A stretch of DNA of 26,197 bases. Source: a virus (lineage: Duplodnaviria > Caudoviricetes). This document shows, one piece after another, positions 6,932 through 16,193 of this stretch (positions are counted from its first letter, which is position 1; each line of letters begins with the position of its first letter). The stretch lies in the IMG/VR virus record IMGVR_UViG_3300023076_000009, positions 1-26,197 of that record; one strand, written 5' to 3'. The notes below the pieces were generated by a model, which made no database searches, was not told the DNA's origin, and saw only the letters and a list, made by a program, of their open reading frames with translations. Position numbers and translations under genes: made by a program.

Positions 6932-9201
6932 ACGAATTATATAAATTTAATAAATATCAAACTGAATTAACTGAAGAATTAAAAGAAAGTCTACCTAGAG
7001 AAATTTGGGTAGAACTTCTTGAAATTCTATCTTCAGTTGAATTTGTAAAGAGATTAGTTGCTCCTGAAGAAGTTAGAGGTTATGCTAAAGATAGACCTAG
7101 AGAAACTAAATTCTTTAATGATGGTAGAATAGATGTTGATTTAGTTAATCCCCATATTCTTGAGGATATGGATTTCTTTAGAGAAAGAGCATTGTATTTT
7201 GAAAAACATGGTGTTTATACACACTTAACACCAAATCCTAATCCTAAATCAGATTATGCTGAATTCTGGAAAGAAGAATTACGCAGATGGAAACATGGTG
7301 TAATAAGACCTAGTGATGGTGAATGGATTCCTGGACAATTATATTTCTATTGGAATTATAGTCCAATTTGGTTAGTAGAAATTATTAAAACTGAAAGTAA
7401 ATCTAAAAAACAACAAGGTGAAAGAGTATATAAATTCCCTAAACCTTGGTTAGGTGATTATTTGTTTTATCATTATATGAAGCAAGCAAGAGATGGTGGT
7501 TTACATGGTAAACTACTTAAAACTCGTGGTGTTGGATTTAGTTTTAAAATGGGTGCAATTAGTCCATGTAATATGTATACATATCCAGGTTCAGGTAATC
7601 CAAATGTACATTTAGCATCAGATAAAACTTTCTTATCTGGAGATACTGGTATTTGGGGTAAAATTGTAGATACTTTAGATTGGATTGCAACACATACACC
7701 ATTACCTCGTATGAGGATGATTGATAGAGCAGGTAGTACTTTAGAAATTAAATTAGGGTTTAAAGATGAATATGGTATTAGTAAAGGTTTACAATCTTCA
7801 GTAAAAGGTATTTCACTTAAAGATAATCCTGATAAAGCAAGGGGTTTACGTGGACCTCTTATTCATTATGAAGAAGATGGTTTATTTCCTAATTTGGAAA
7901 AAGCATGGAATGTAAATTTAAAAGCAGTAGAAGATGGTAGCGTAGGATTTGGATTTATGCTTGCTGGAGGAACAGGTGGTACAGAAGGTGCTTCATTTGA
8001 AGGATCTGAAAAACTATTTTATCAACCTGAAGCATATGAAATTTACGGTATACCAAACGTATTTGATAGAAATGCTTCTGGAGATACCATTTGTGGTTTC
8101 TTTTGGGGTGGATATATGAATAGAAATGGTTGTTATGATGAGACTCTTGGTGAACCAGATGTAATTAAAGCTTTAATTGAAATTTTAACAGGTAGATATA
8201 AGATTAAATATAGTGCTTCAGATCCTGCAGCAATTACTCAAAAGAAAGCTGAGGAACCTATTACACCACAAGAAGCAATTATGCGTACAGAAGGAACTGT
8301 GTTTCCTGTATCAGATTTGAAAGAATATCTTGAAAGTGTAATGGTTAAGAAGGAAGCTTTTCTTGCAGAACACTATGTAGGTGAATTAGTTAGAACTTCA
8401 GATAATAAACTTAAATGGAGACCTAACTCGGATAAATTTCCTTTACGTAGTTATGATAAAGATACTGCAAATAGAGAAGGTTGTATTGAGATATTTGAGA
8501 TGCCTAAAGAGAATGCTAATGGTGAAATACCTAGAGGTAGATATATTGCAGGTATTGACCCTATTGATGCTGATGCAGGTACATCTTTATTTAGTATGTT
8601 AGTAATGGATACTTTTACAGATCGTATTGTTGCGGAATACACTGGTAGACCTAAATTAGCTGAAGAAGCTTATGAATTAGCATTAAGACTATTAGAATTC
8701 TATAATGCTGAAGCTAATTATGAAAGTAACTTAAAAGGTTTATTTAGTTACTTTGATAAAAAGAATGCATTACATAGACTTTGTGATGTACCTCAAATAC
8801 TTAGAGATATGGAATTTGTTAAAGCAACTAATCTTTATGGTAATAAAGCTAAAGGTACTCTTGCAAATGAACGTGTTAATAAGTGGGGTAGATTATTACA
8901 AGCTGACTGGATGTTAACTAAAGCTTATGGTGATGAAGATGATTTTAGATTAAATCTTCATAAACTTAGAGGTCTTGCATATATTGAAGAATGTATTAAA
9001 TGGAACAGTGATGGTAACTTTGACCGTGTATCTGCTGGAATTCTATTATTTATATTTAGAGAAGATCGATATAAGCGTACTCAAACAGCTATTGAAAATC
9101 AAGATAAACAAATTCAACAGTTAAGTAATGATAATTTCTTTAAAAAGAATTATGGTAATAACTCAAGCGCTATTAGAAATAGTACAATCAACTTTAAATA
9201 A
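6922..9201 (+). CDS. terL: terminase large subunit (crAss-like)
   Basis: YFYWNY, Walker A-like LKTRGVGFS, ARGLRG, Walker B IHYEEDG, GGTGG coupling motif, nuclease YIAGIDP, VAEYTGRP, GNFDRVSA. Located directly before the portal. Confidence 0.93.
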   Translation: MELNELYKFNKYQTELTEELKESLPREIWVELLEILSSVEFVKRLVAPEEVRGYAKDRPRETKFFNDGRIDVDLVNPHILEDMDFFRERALYFEKHGVYTHLTPNPNPKSDYAEFWKEELRRWKHGVIRPSDGEWIPGQLYFYWNYSPIWLVEIIKTESKSKKQQGERVYKFPKPWLGDYLFYHYMKQARDGGLHGKLLKTRGVGFSFKMGAISPCNMYTYPGSGNPNVHLASDKTFLSGDTGIWGKIVDTLDWIATHTPLPRMRMIDRAGSTLEIKLGFKDEYGISKGLQSSVKGISLKDNPDKARGLRGPLIHYEEDGLFPNLEKAWNVNLKAVEDGSVGFGFMLAGGTGGTEGASFEGSEKLFYQPEAYEIYGIPNVFDRNASGDTICGFFWGGYMNRNGCYDETLGEPDVIKALIEILTGRYKIKYSASDPAAITQKKAEEPITPQEAIMRTEGTVFPVSDLKEYLESVMVKKEAFLAEHYVGELVRTSDNKLKWRPNSDKFPLRSYDKDTANREGCIEIFEMPKENANGEIPRGRYIAGIDPIDADAGTSLFSMLVMDTFTDRIVAEYTGRPKLAEEAYELALRLLEFYNAEANYESNLKGLFSYFDKKNALHRLCDVPQILRDMEFVKATNLYGNKAKGTLANERVNKWGRLLQADWMLTKAYGDEDDFRLNLHKLRGLAYIEECIKWNSDGNFDRVSAGILLFIFREDRYKRTQTAIENQDKQIQQLSNDNFFKKNYGNNSSAIRNSTINFK

Positions 9202-9245
9202 ATTATAATTAATTATGAATTTACTTAAAAATTTTGTATATTGTA
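9168..9245 (+). promoter_or_regulatory. putative late promoter of the portal gene (CGCTATTAGAA element plus degenerate -7 box)
   Basis: CGCTATTAGAA at 9168-9178, TATG at 9214-9217, TATATTG at 9237-9243. The same layout occurs at 11667-11742. Confidence 0.55.
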
Positions 9246-9268
9246 TAGTTTAATAAAATTTAACAACA

Positions 9269-11665
9269 ATGAGTGGAAGAATTAATAATATACAATTGCC
9301 TAGACAGCGATTAGCATATAAACAAAAAAATAAAGATTGGCGTAAAGATAATTTAGATTTTGCTGATAAACATTCATTTTATCATAATGAAGAAGTACGT
9401 AAAAGTCTAAAGAATAAAATCATTAATCTTAATTTATATAATGGTATTGTAGATGTTAGAGATTTAACAACAGTTGTTAATCCACATCACTTAGATGCAA
9501 GTTTTGTTCCTGATAATATACCTCATCATCCAATTATAGTTCCTAAAATAGATCTATTAGTTGGTGAAGAAATTAAAAGGAGATTTGATTTTTTTGCAGT
9601 TGTTACAAATCCAGATGCAATTACTAAAAAAGAAGAAGATAAGAAAACTTTTTTAATGCAAAAACTTACAGCTTTTCTTGAAGCAAATTATGAAGAAGAT
9701 GAGTTGAAAGTTAAAATGGATGAGCTTGGTAAGTATATGAAATATAGTTGGCAAGACATTCGTGAGAAAATGGCTAATCAAATTCTAAAGCATTATTGGC
9801 AAGAATTAAACTTTGCTGAAAAATTTAGTAAAGGTTTTAAAGATGCTTTAATTATGGCTGAAGAAATCTATCTATTAGATATTGTTCACAATGAACCTAT
9901 AATGGAAAAACTTAATCCGTTAAAAGTTCATGCTGTAAGATCAGGTAATTCAGATAGAATTGAAGATGCTTCTATTATTATTATAGAAGATTTCAAATCT
10001 CCAAATCAATTAATAGATGAATATTTTGATGAATTAAAAGAAGATGAAATTGATTATATTTTAGATTATAGTACTCAATCAAGTAAAGGTACATATTCTG
10101 ATGATCAAAATAACCATACTCTTTTTAGGGATTCAATTAATGATAGATCAATGTATGAAGGTCTATTTGGATTTGCTGAAGTAAATGGTCATTATTTTGG
10201 TTCAGATTATACTGATGAGAATGGTAATATTAGAGAACTTAAAGTAAGATGGAAATCATTACGTAAAGTTAAGAAGATTAAATTTTATGATGAATATGGT
10301 GAAACTCAATTTAGATTTGAATCAGAAGAATATAAAGCTGATAAATTTTTAGGTGAAGAAGAATCTATATTTTGGATTAATGAAGCTTGGGAGGGTGTTA
10401 AATTAGGTAGAGATATCTATCTTAAAATGAGACCAAGACAAGTTCAATATGTAAAAGCAAATAATCCTTCTAAAGGTCATTTAGGTATTATTGGTCAAAT
10501 ATATAACACCAATCAAGGTAAAGCCGTATCCTTAGTTGATAGAGCTAAAAATTATCAGTATATGTATGATGCATTATTTGATAGATTAAATAAAGCTATT
10601 GCTACAAATTATGGTAAAATATTAGAACTTGATTTAGCTAAAGTACCTGCAAATTGGGAAATTGAAAAATGGTTACACTTTGCGGTAGTAAATAAGATTG
10701 CAGTAGTAGATTCATTTAAAGAAGGTAATCATGGTGCTGCTACAGGTAAACTTGCAGGTTCTATGAATACTGTAGGTGGACGTTCTATTGATATGGAAAC
10801 AGGTAGTTATATTCAACAACATATACAATTACTTGAATTCATTAAAATGGAGATGGGTGAAATATGTGGAGTATCTGCACAACGTGAAGGTCAAATTTCA
10901 AATAGAGAAACATTAGGTGGTGTTGAAAAAGCGGTAAATCAATCAAGTCATATTACAGAATATTGGTTTATGCAACATGAATCTGTTAAGATTCGTGTAC
11001 TAGAAGCATTCTTAGAAACTGCTAAAGTTGCATTAAGAGATACTGAAAATAAAAAGGTTCAATATATTTTAGATGATCAAACAGTTGAAATTTTAAATAT
11101 GGAAGGTGAAGACCTTGCAGAATCAGATTATGGAATATTAGTTACAAGTTCTGCAAAAGCAACTGAACTTGAACAAGCGATTAAAGGTTATGCTCAAGCA
11201 TTCATTCAGAACGGTGGTTCTATGTCTACTATTATGGATATTTACTTTAGTCCTTCATTAATGGATATGAGACGTAAACTAGAAACAGCTGAAGAAGAAA
11301 TGCAACAACGTCAATCTGAACAAGCACAAGAACAAAATAAAATTGCTAGAGAACAAATGCAAGCTCAAGTTGAACTTGAAAATACTAAACTTCAATTGGA
11401 AGACACTAAAAATGTTAGAGATAACGATACTCGAAGATATGTTGCAGAACTATCTAAGGGTGTAGAATCAAGTCCAGTTGTAGATGATGGTATTGAAAAT
11501 CCTTTAGATAGAGATAAATTTGCATTGGATGTAGATAAAGCTAGAAAAGATTATGAACTTAAACTTAAACAACTTGATCAAGATATGGTTAAACATAAGG
11601 ATGATGTTGAACTTAAGAAAGAATCAAATCAAATTTCTAGAATTAAGAAAAAATCTACAACCTAA
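9269..11665 (+). CDS. portal protein (crAss-like)
   Basis: 798 aa after terL; LPRQRL..K.K...W, HHPIIVPKIDLLVGEE..R, INEAWEG, GVSAQREGQI...E..G..E, C-terminal coiled coil. Confidence 0.9.
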   Translation: MSGRINNIQLPRQRLAYKQKNKDWRKDNLDFADKHSFYHNEEVRKSLKNKIINLNLYNGIVDVRDLTTVVNPHHLDASFVPDNIPHHPIIVPKIDLLVGEEIKRRFDFFAVVTNPDAITKKEEDKKTFLMQKLTAFLEANYEEDELKVKMDELGKYMKYSWQDIREKMANQILKHYWQELNFAEKFSKGFKDALIMAEEIYLLDIVHNEPIMEKLNPLKVHAVRSGNSDRIEDASIIIIEDFKSPNQLIDEYFDELKEDEIDYILDYSTQSSKGTYSDDQNNHTLFRDSINDRSMYEGLFGFAEVNGHYFGSDYTDENGNIRELKVRWKSLRKVKKIKFYDEYGETQFRFESEEYKADKFLGEEESIFWINEAWEGVKLGRDIYLKMRPRQVQYVKANNPSKGHLGIIGQIYNTNQGKAVSLVDRAKNYQYMYDALFDRLNKAIATNYGKILELDLAKVPANWEIEKWLHFAVVNKIAVVDSFKEGNHGAATGKLAGSMNTVGGRSIDMETGSYIQQHIQLLEFIKMEMGEICGVSAQREGQISNRETLGGVEKAVNQSSHITEYWFMQHESVKIRVLEAFLETAKVALRDTENKKVQYILDDQTVEILNMEGEDLAESDYGILVTSSAKATELEQAIKGYAQAFIQNGGSMSTIMDIYFSPSLMDMRRKLETAEEEMQQRQSEQAQEQNKIAREQMQAQVELENTKLQLEDTKNVRDNDTRRYVAELSKGVESSPVVDDGIENPLDRDKFALDVDKARKDYELKLKQLDQDMVKHKDDVELKKESNQISRIKKKSTT

Positions 11666-11666
11666 A

Positions 11667-11744
11667 CGCTATTAGAATTTTTTTAAATAATTAAATAATA
11701 GGGAGAATCATTTGGAATTTCTCCCTATTTATATTATATTTGCA
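11667..11744 (+). promoter_or_regulatory. putative late promoter of the scaffold/capsid operon
   Basis: CGCTATTAGAA at 11667-11677, TTTGG at 11711-11715, TATATTTG at 11735-11742 (TAnnTTTG, 19 nt after the TTGG). Confidence 0.75.
11697..11729. repeat. perfect 11-bp inverted repeat (possible portal terminator or operator) overlapping the promoter
   Basis: AATAGGGAGAA (11697-11707), 11-nt loop containing TTTGG, TTCTCCCTATT (11719-11729). Confidence 0.7.
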
Positions 11745-11790
11745 AACTTAAACAATTCATGGAAGAAGAGTTTATAATAAATTATTATAT

Positions 11791-12873
11791 ATGGAAGATG
11801 AAGATAAATTAGAAATGGGAATCTTTGGTGATAGTAATATTGAATTAAATGGAAATTTTAATTTTGATATACCATCTGATGATTCTGATTTAGAAGATAA
11901 TGAGGATACAGATATTGATCCTAATAAAAATATAGCAACCGTCGAGGACGATAGTTCAGAGGAAGTAGATGGTGAAGAAGATGATCAAGATGAAGGTAGA
12001 GACGAAGACGGCAATTCTTCTTCCAACCTATATTCTTCTTTAGCCGCTTTTGTTCACGAACAAGGGTTTCTACCTTCACTAGACATCGAAAATACTAAGA
12101 TTGAAACACCTGATGATTTTGCTAATGCTTTTAAACAAGAATTAGAAATTCAAGCTCAAAGTAAATTAGAGGAATATATTGCAAATATAGATGTTTCAAA
12201 AATTGCTCAAAGTAAAAAAGTTATTGAAGATTATAGTCAAATAACTGAAGATGTTTTAAAAGAAGATATTTCTTTAGCTAAAGATATTATCAAACAAGAT
12301 TATATTAATCAAGGTTTTGATGATAAAAAAACTGCAAGATATCTTAAACGATTAATTGATTTAGGTGATGAAGCTCTTATTGAAGAGGCTTTGGAATCTA
12401 ATCAGAGTATTCAAGAATTTGAATCTAGACGTATTGAATCTGAAAAGAAGTCATATGCAGAAAGACTTGAACAAGAAAAGATTGAACAAGCTAAATTAGA
12501 TGAAGCTTTAAAAGCTACAATTTATGAACGTAAAGATTTAGTAAATGGTTTACCAGTAACTAAAGCATTACAAGATAAGGTTTATAAAACAATTAATGAA
12601 ATTGTAGGTAAATCACCTGATGGTTATTTTGAAAATAGATTTATGAAAGAAAGACGTGAAAACCAATTAGAGTTTGATACACGTATGTACTACTTTTATG
12701 AATTAACAAATGGTTTCAAAGATTATTCGAAACTAACAACCTCAGCTAAGTCAAGTGCTGTAAAAGATTTAGAGAGAATTGCACGTAAGACTAAAATACA
12801 AGATAATGGTACACCTTTGTGGATGCAAGATGGTGATAGTTATGATGGTAAAGATTTTGTCTTAAATATATAA
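11791..12873 (+). CDS. acidic scaffold-like head assembly protein
   Basis: Very D/E-rich N-terminus, long helical or coiled-coil body, located between portal and capsid as in crAss-like phages. Confidence 0.7.
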   Translation: MEDEDKLEMGIFGDSNIELNGNFNFDIPSDDSDLEDNEDTDIDPNKNIATVEDDSSEEVDGEEDDQDEGRDEDGNSSSNLYSSLAAFVHEQGFLPSLDIENTKIETPDDFANAFKQELEIQAQSKLEEYIANIDVSKIAQSKKVIEDYSQITEDVLKEDISLAKDIIKQDYINQGFDDKKTARYLKRLIDLGDEALIEEALESNQSIQEFESRRIESEKKSYAERLEQEKIEQAKLDEALKATIYERKDLVNGLPVTKALQDKVYKTINEIVGKSPDGYFENRFMKERRENQLEFDTRMYYFYELTNGFKDYSKLTTSAKSSAVKDLERIARKTKIQDNGTPLWMQDGDSYDGKDFVLNI

Positions 12874-12906
12874 TGTACACAATTAAACTTTAAAAAATAA
12901 AAATTT

Positions 12907-14418
12907 ATGTCAATTGGAAAATTTGTCATGACTAAAGCACATGCTTGGTCAGGATTAACACTTAAGAATCATATTGGTGCTCTTTTTGGATCACAACCAC
13001 AATTGATTTCTCCGCTAACAACTGTGTTGTTACAAAATTCTGGAATGAAAAATCTTGATACAACTTTAGCATTATTTCCTGAAAAAATTCTTGCAACTGC
13101 AGATGATTTTGTATGGAAAGTAGTAGGTAGTGAAGAAAGAAACATTCCTTTAGTAGAAGCTAGATATAATGGAGCAGTTGTTGATGGAAATACCGTAGGT
13201 GTTGGTCAAGCAAGAGCTACATTTGAATTAGTGTTTGGTGAAAAATGGTTTACAAAAATGCATTTAATTGCAGGACATAGACCAGATGTTTATCAAATGA
13301 GAATTATTGAAGAGCCTTATGAAGAAGGTCAAAACTATGTTTATACTTGTGAAGTATGGGGTGGTCAAGAATCTTTAGCAGGTATTCCAGGTGATGAATT
13401 TCTACCAGGAAATAAATTCTCTATTGAAGGTGCGCCTGTTGAAGATGAACTTTCAATTCAAGGTGCTGGTATTGGATTTACATCTCCTTATTTAATGAGG
13501 AATTCAGTTACATCTATTCGTATGGAACATAAAGTTTCTGGAAAGATGATTGACTGTAAAGTTCAACCTGTATATTTTGCAGGAATTGAAACAAGAGATG
13601 CTAATACAGGTAAAGTACATTCATCTACAACTTGGATGCAAGAAGTTTACTGGCAATTTGAAAAACAATTATCTAGAATTAAATCTAAAACAATCATGTT
13701 TGGTAAAACCAATCGTGATGAAAATAGTCGTTATTTAAATAAAGGTAATTCTAATATTGAAATAAAAGCTGGTTCAGGTATTCGTGAACAAATGGAAGTT
13801 TCAAATACGACAACTTATAATAGATTCTCTATTCGTTTGTTAGAAGATTTGCTTTCTGAATTGTCTGAAGGAAAACTTGATTGGGGTGAAAGAAAATTCA
13901 TGTTACGTACAGGTGAAAGAGGAGCAATCCAATTCCACAGAGCTGTATCTGAAATTGCTTCTGGTTGGGCTGCTTTAGGATTTGATAATACAAATCAAAA
14001 TGCAATCAAACAAGTTTCTTCTAAATTTCATAATAACGCATTCTCTGCAGGATTCCAATTTACAGAGTATCGTGCTCCTAATAACATTCACGTAATGTTA
14101 GAAGTGGATCCAATGTATGATGATAAAGTAAGAAATAAAGTACTTCACCCAGATGGTGGTGTAGCGGAATCTTACAGATATGATATTCTTTACATTGGTT
14201 CAATGGAAGAGCCTAATATCCAAAAAGTTAAAGTTAGAGGTTCTGACGAACTTAGAGGTTATCAAGGTGGTATTAGAAATCCATTTACTGGGCGTAGAGG
14301 TGGTGAAATGCAAATCATGGAAGATTCTGCAACTATGACAGCACTTGTTGAAGGTGTTGGTGCAATGGTTAAAGATCCTTCTAGAACTGCAACACTTAAA
14401 CCTGCAATTATAGATTAA
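12907..14418 (+). CDS. major capsid protein (crAss-like, HK97 fold)
   Basis: WSGLTLKNHIG, PLVEAR, PVEDELS..G, IKAGSGIREQ, LRTGERGAIQF, SAGFQFTEY.APN, DPMYDD.VRNK..HP.GG.AESYRYDI, G.RNPFTG; biased codon use; followed by a terminator. Confidence 0.92.
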   Translation: MSIGKFVMTKAHAWSGLTLKNHIGALFGSQPQLISPLTTVLLQNSGMKNLDTTLALFPEKILATADDFVWKVVGSEERNIPLVEARYNGAVVDGNTVGVGQARATFELVFGEKWFTKMHLIAGHRPDVYQMRIIEEPYEEGQNYVYTCEVWGGQESLAGIPGDEFLPGNKFSIEGAPVEDELSIQGAGIGFTSPYLMRNSVTSIRMEHKVSGKMIDCKVQPVYFAGIETRDANTGKVHSSTTWMQEVYWQFEKQLSRIKSKTIMFGKTNRDENSRYLNKGNSNIEIKAGSGIREQMEVSNTTTYNRFSIRLLEDLLSELSEGKLDWGERKFMLRTGERGAIQFHRAVSEIASGWAALGFDNTNQNAIKQVSSKFHNNAFSAGFQFTEYRAPNNIHVMLEVDPMYDDKVRNKVLHPDGGVAESYRYDILYIGSMEEPNIQKVKVRGSDELRGYQGGIRNPFTGRRGGEMQIMEDSATMTALVEGVGAMVKDPSRTATLKPAIID

Positions 14419-14424
14419 TACAAC

Positions 14425-14445
14425 CTTATAAATAGTATTTATAAG
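14425..14445. repeat. 21-bp palindrome after the capsid stop codon
   Basis: CTTATAAATA-G-TATTTATAAG, perfect 10-bp arms. Confidence 0.7.
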
Positions 14446-14481
14446 TCGACACATTAAGTGTTTCATAAAAGGTTTTTAATT

Positions 14482-14511
14482 GGGAGTTTACCTTAAAAAA
14501 CTCCCTTTTTT
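14482..14511 (+). terminator. intrinsic terminator after the capsid gene
   Basis: GGGAGTTT (14482-14489) / AAACTCCC (14498-14505) stem followed by T6. Confidence 0.88.
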
Positions 14512-14551
14512 AATATAATCTTAGGAAGAAGATTTAAAAAAGAAGATAAGA

Positions 14552-15412
14552 ATGGAAACAAAAAGATATACTGGTGTTTTTACATTACCAGAAGAAATTA
14601 TTGTAGTTAAATACATTAATAGAAAAAAAGGTATGGCTGCTAATGTTGAATCAAATCACGTTATTGCAGGAGGTATGATGGATAAAGCTGTTAGAAAGTT
14701 TTCAGCACCGTTACAAAGAAATGGTTCAATTAAGAATGTATTATCTGCAGATGAAAAAGATTTCTTAGAATATGCTACAGGTTTAGATTTGTCAGTATAT
14801 GGGGACTTCTGGACAACATTTAGAGTGTCTCTACATAAAGATGATGCTAGTAATAGATTTGATTTAAGTAATCCTATGGATTATATTTCATATAAAATTC
14901 TATCAACATTAAAAGAAGATATTGCTTTAAGTTGGGGTGATCGTAATAAGAATCAAACATATCAATTTGCAATTACTCGTGAAGATGAGGAAATGCTTGA
15001 AACTAAAGGTAAACGTGATTCTAAAAGAGAAGCATTTATGTTGTATGGTAAAGTAATGGATAATAAAGAAAAACTTTTTGGTATTCTTAAATTACTTACA
15101 AATAAACCTATTTCTAAAGATACTAAGCTTGATTGGTTGCAACATAAAGTTGAAGAGTTTGTAGATACAATGCCTACATCATTTATTAATGTTATGAATG
15201 ATAAATCATTATATACTAAAATGTTAATTAATTCAGGTGTTGATTCAGATGTAATTATCAAAAAAGGAAATAAATATACTACTGCAGATGGTTTAGATCT
15301 TTGTAATAGTGGTGAAATTCCAACATTTGACAATGCTGTATCATATCTTGATGACGTTAAAAATCAAGAAGTTAGAACTATCATTGAAGCTAAAATTAAT
15401 AAAGCTAAATAA
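14552..15412 (+). CDS. crAss-like conserved protein downstream of the capsid gene
   Basis: NVLS.DEK.FLE, DFW, FDLSNPMDYI.YKIL, YTKMLI..GV...VIIKKG..Y.T.DG..LC...E.PT...A..YL recalled from this syntenic family. Function unknown. Confidence 0.7.
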   Translation: METKRYTGVFTLPEEIIVVKYINRKKGMAANVESNHVIAGGMMDKAVRKFSAPLQRNGSIKNVLSADEKDFLEYATGLDLSVYGDFWTTFRVSLHKDDASNRFDLSNPMDYISYKILSTLKEDIALSWGDRNKNQTYQFAITREDEEMLETKGKRDSKREAFMLYGKVMDNKEKLFGILKLLTNKPISKDTKLDWLQHKVEEFVDTMPTSFINVMNDKSLYTKMLINSGVDSDVIIKKGNKYTTADGLDLCNSGEIPTFDNAVSYLDDVKNQEVRTIIEAKINKAK

Positions 15413-15414
15413 AT

Positions 15415-16155
15415 ATGACAACAGTAGAACTGAACAATGAATTTGATATTTCTTATAATACTATTGCAGGACAAAATGCTCCAGGTTTAGATGCATATGA
15501 GAAATCAGTTTACTTTACAAAAGCTCAGTTAGAAATTGTTAAAAATTATTACGATGCTTTAAGTAATCGTAAACAAAAAGGTTTTGAAGGTTCTGAAAAA
15601 AGAAGAGTTGATTTAAAAGAATTAGTTAAAAATTATATTACTAATGTTTCAATTCCAACAACAATAGGAATTGATCCTGATTCACAATTCTTTGGTTTAC
15701 CTGATGAATGTTATCTAATCATTAATGAACAAGTTAAGTTATCATCTACAGATGTATGTATTAATAATACTATTGTAGATGTTAAACCTATAACTCATGA
15801 TGAATACAATATTCAAAATAAAAATCCTTTTAAGAAACCTAATAAAACAATTACTTGGAGATTAGATATTTCTAAAATAGATAATACATCTGTTGTAGAA
15901 TTAATATCTCCATATACAATATCTGAATATAAAAACAGATATATTAAATACCCTAAACCTATTATACTAGATGATTTATCTGTAGTATTTCCAGGTGAAG
16001 GATTATCAATTGATGGAGAAATACTTCCATCTACATCTGAATTACATGAATCTATACATAGAGAAATAATTGATCGTGCTGTAGAATTAGCATTACGTGA
16101 TTATAAATCTCAAGGTTTAGAAAGTAAAATTCAGATTGATACAAGAAATGAATAA
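15415..16155 (+). CDS. tail ring (connector) protein, crAss-like
   Basis: EFDISYN.I....APGLDAYEKSVYFTKAQ.E..K, FEGSEKRR.DL..LV, RYIKYPKPIIL, ELHESIH.EII.RAVELA. Confidence 0.75.
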   Translation: MTTVELNNEFDISYNTIAGQNAPGLDAYEKSVYFTKAQLEIVKNYYDALSNRKQKGFEGSEKRRVDLKELVKNYITNVSIPTTIGIDPDSQFFGLPDECYLIINEQVKLSSTDVCINNTIVDVKPITHDEYNIQNKNPFKKPNKTITWRLDISKIDNTSVVELISPYTISEYKNRYIKYPKPIILDDLSVVFPGEGLSIDGEILPSTSELHESIHREIIDRAVELALRDYKSQGLESKIQIDTRNE

Positions 16156-16193
16156 ACAATTCAATTATTTATAAATTAAAAACAAATTAGATT

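Noticed and set aside
13550-13738. 62-aa alternative-frame ORF inside the capsid gene
   Set aside because: Fully nested, with no motif or initiation signal; expected by chance.
6922-14418. Inteins or introns in terminase, portal or capsid genes
   Set aside because: Frames are continuous with ordinary lengths; no intein splice motifs or homing endonuclease motifs were noticed.
16148-16174. Mini-ORF MNKQFNYL* starting at an ATGAATAA overlap
   Set aside because: Only 8 codons; likely a by-product of the upstream ...NE* ending, and nothing else supports it.
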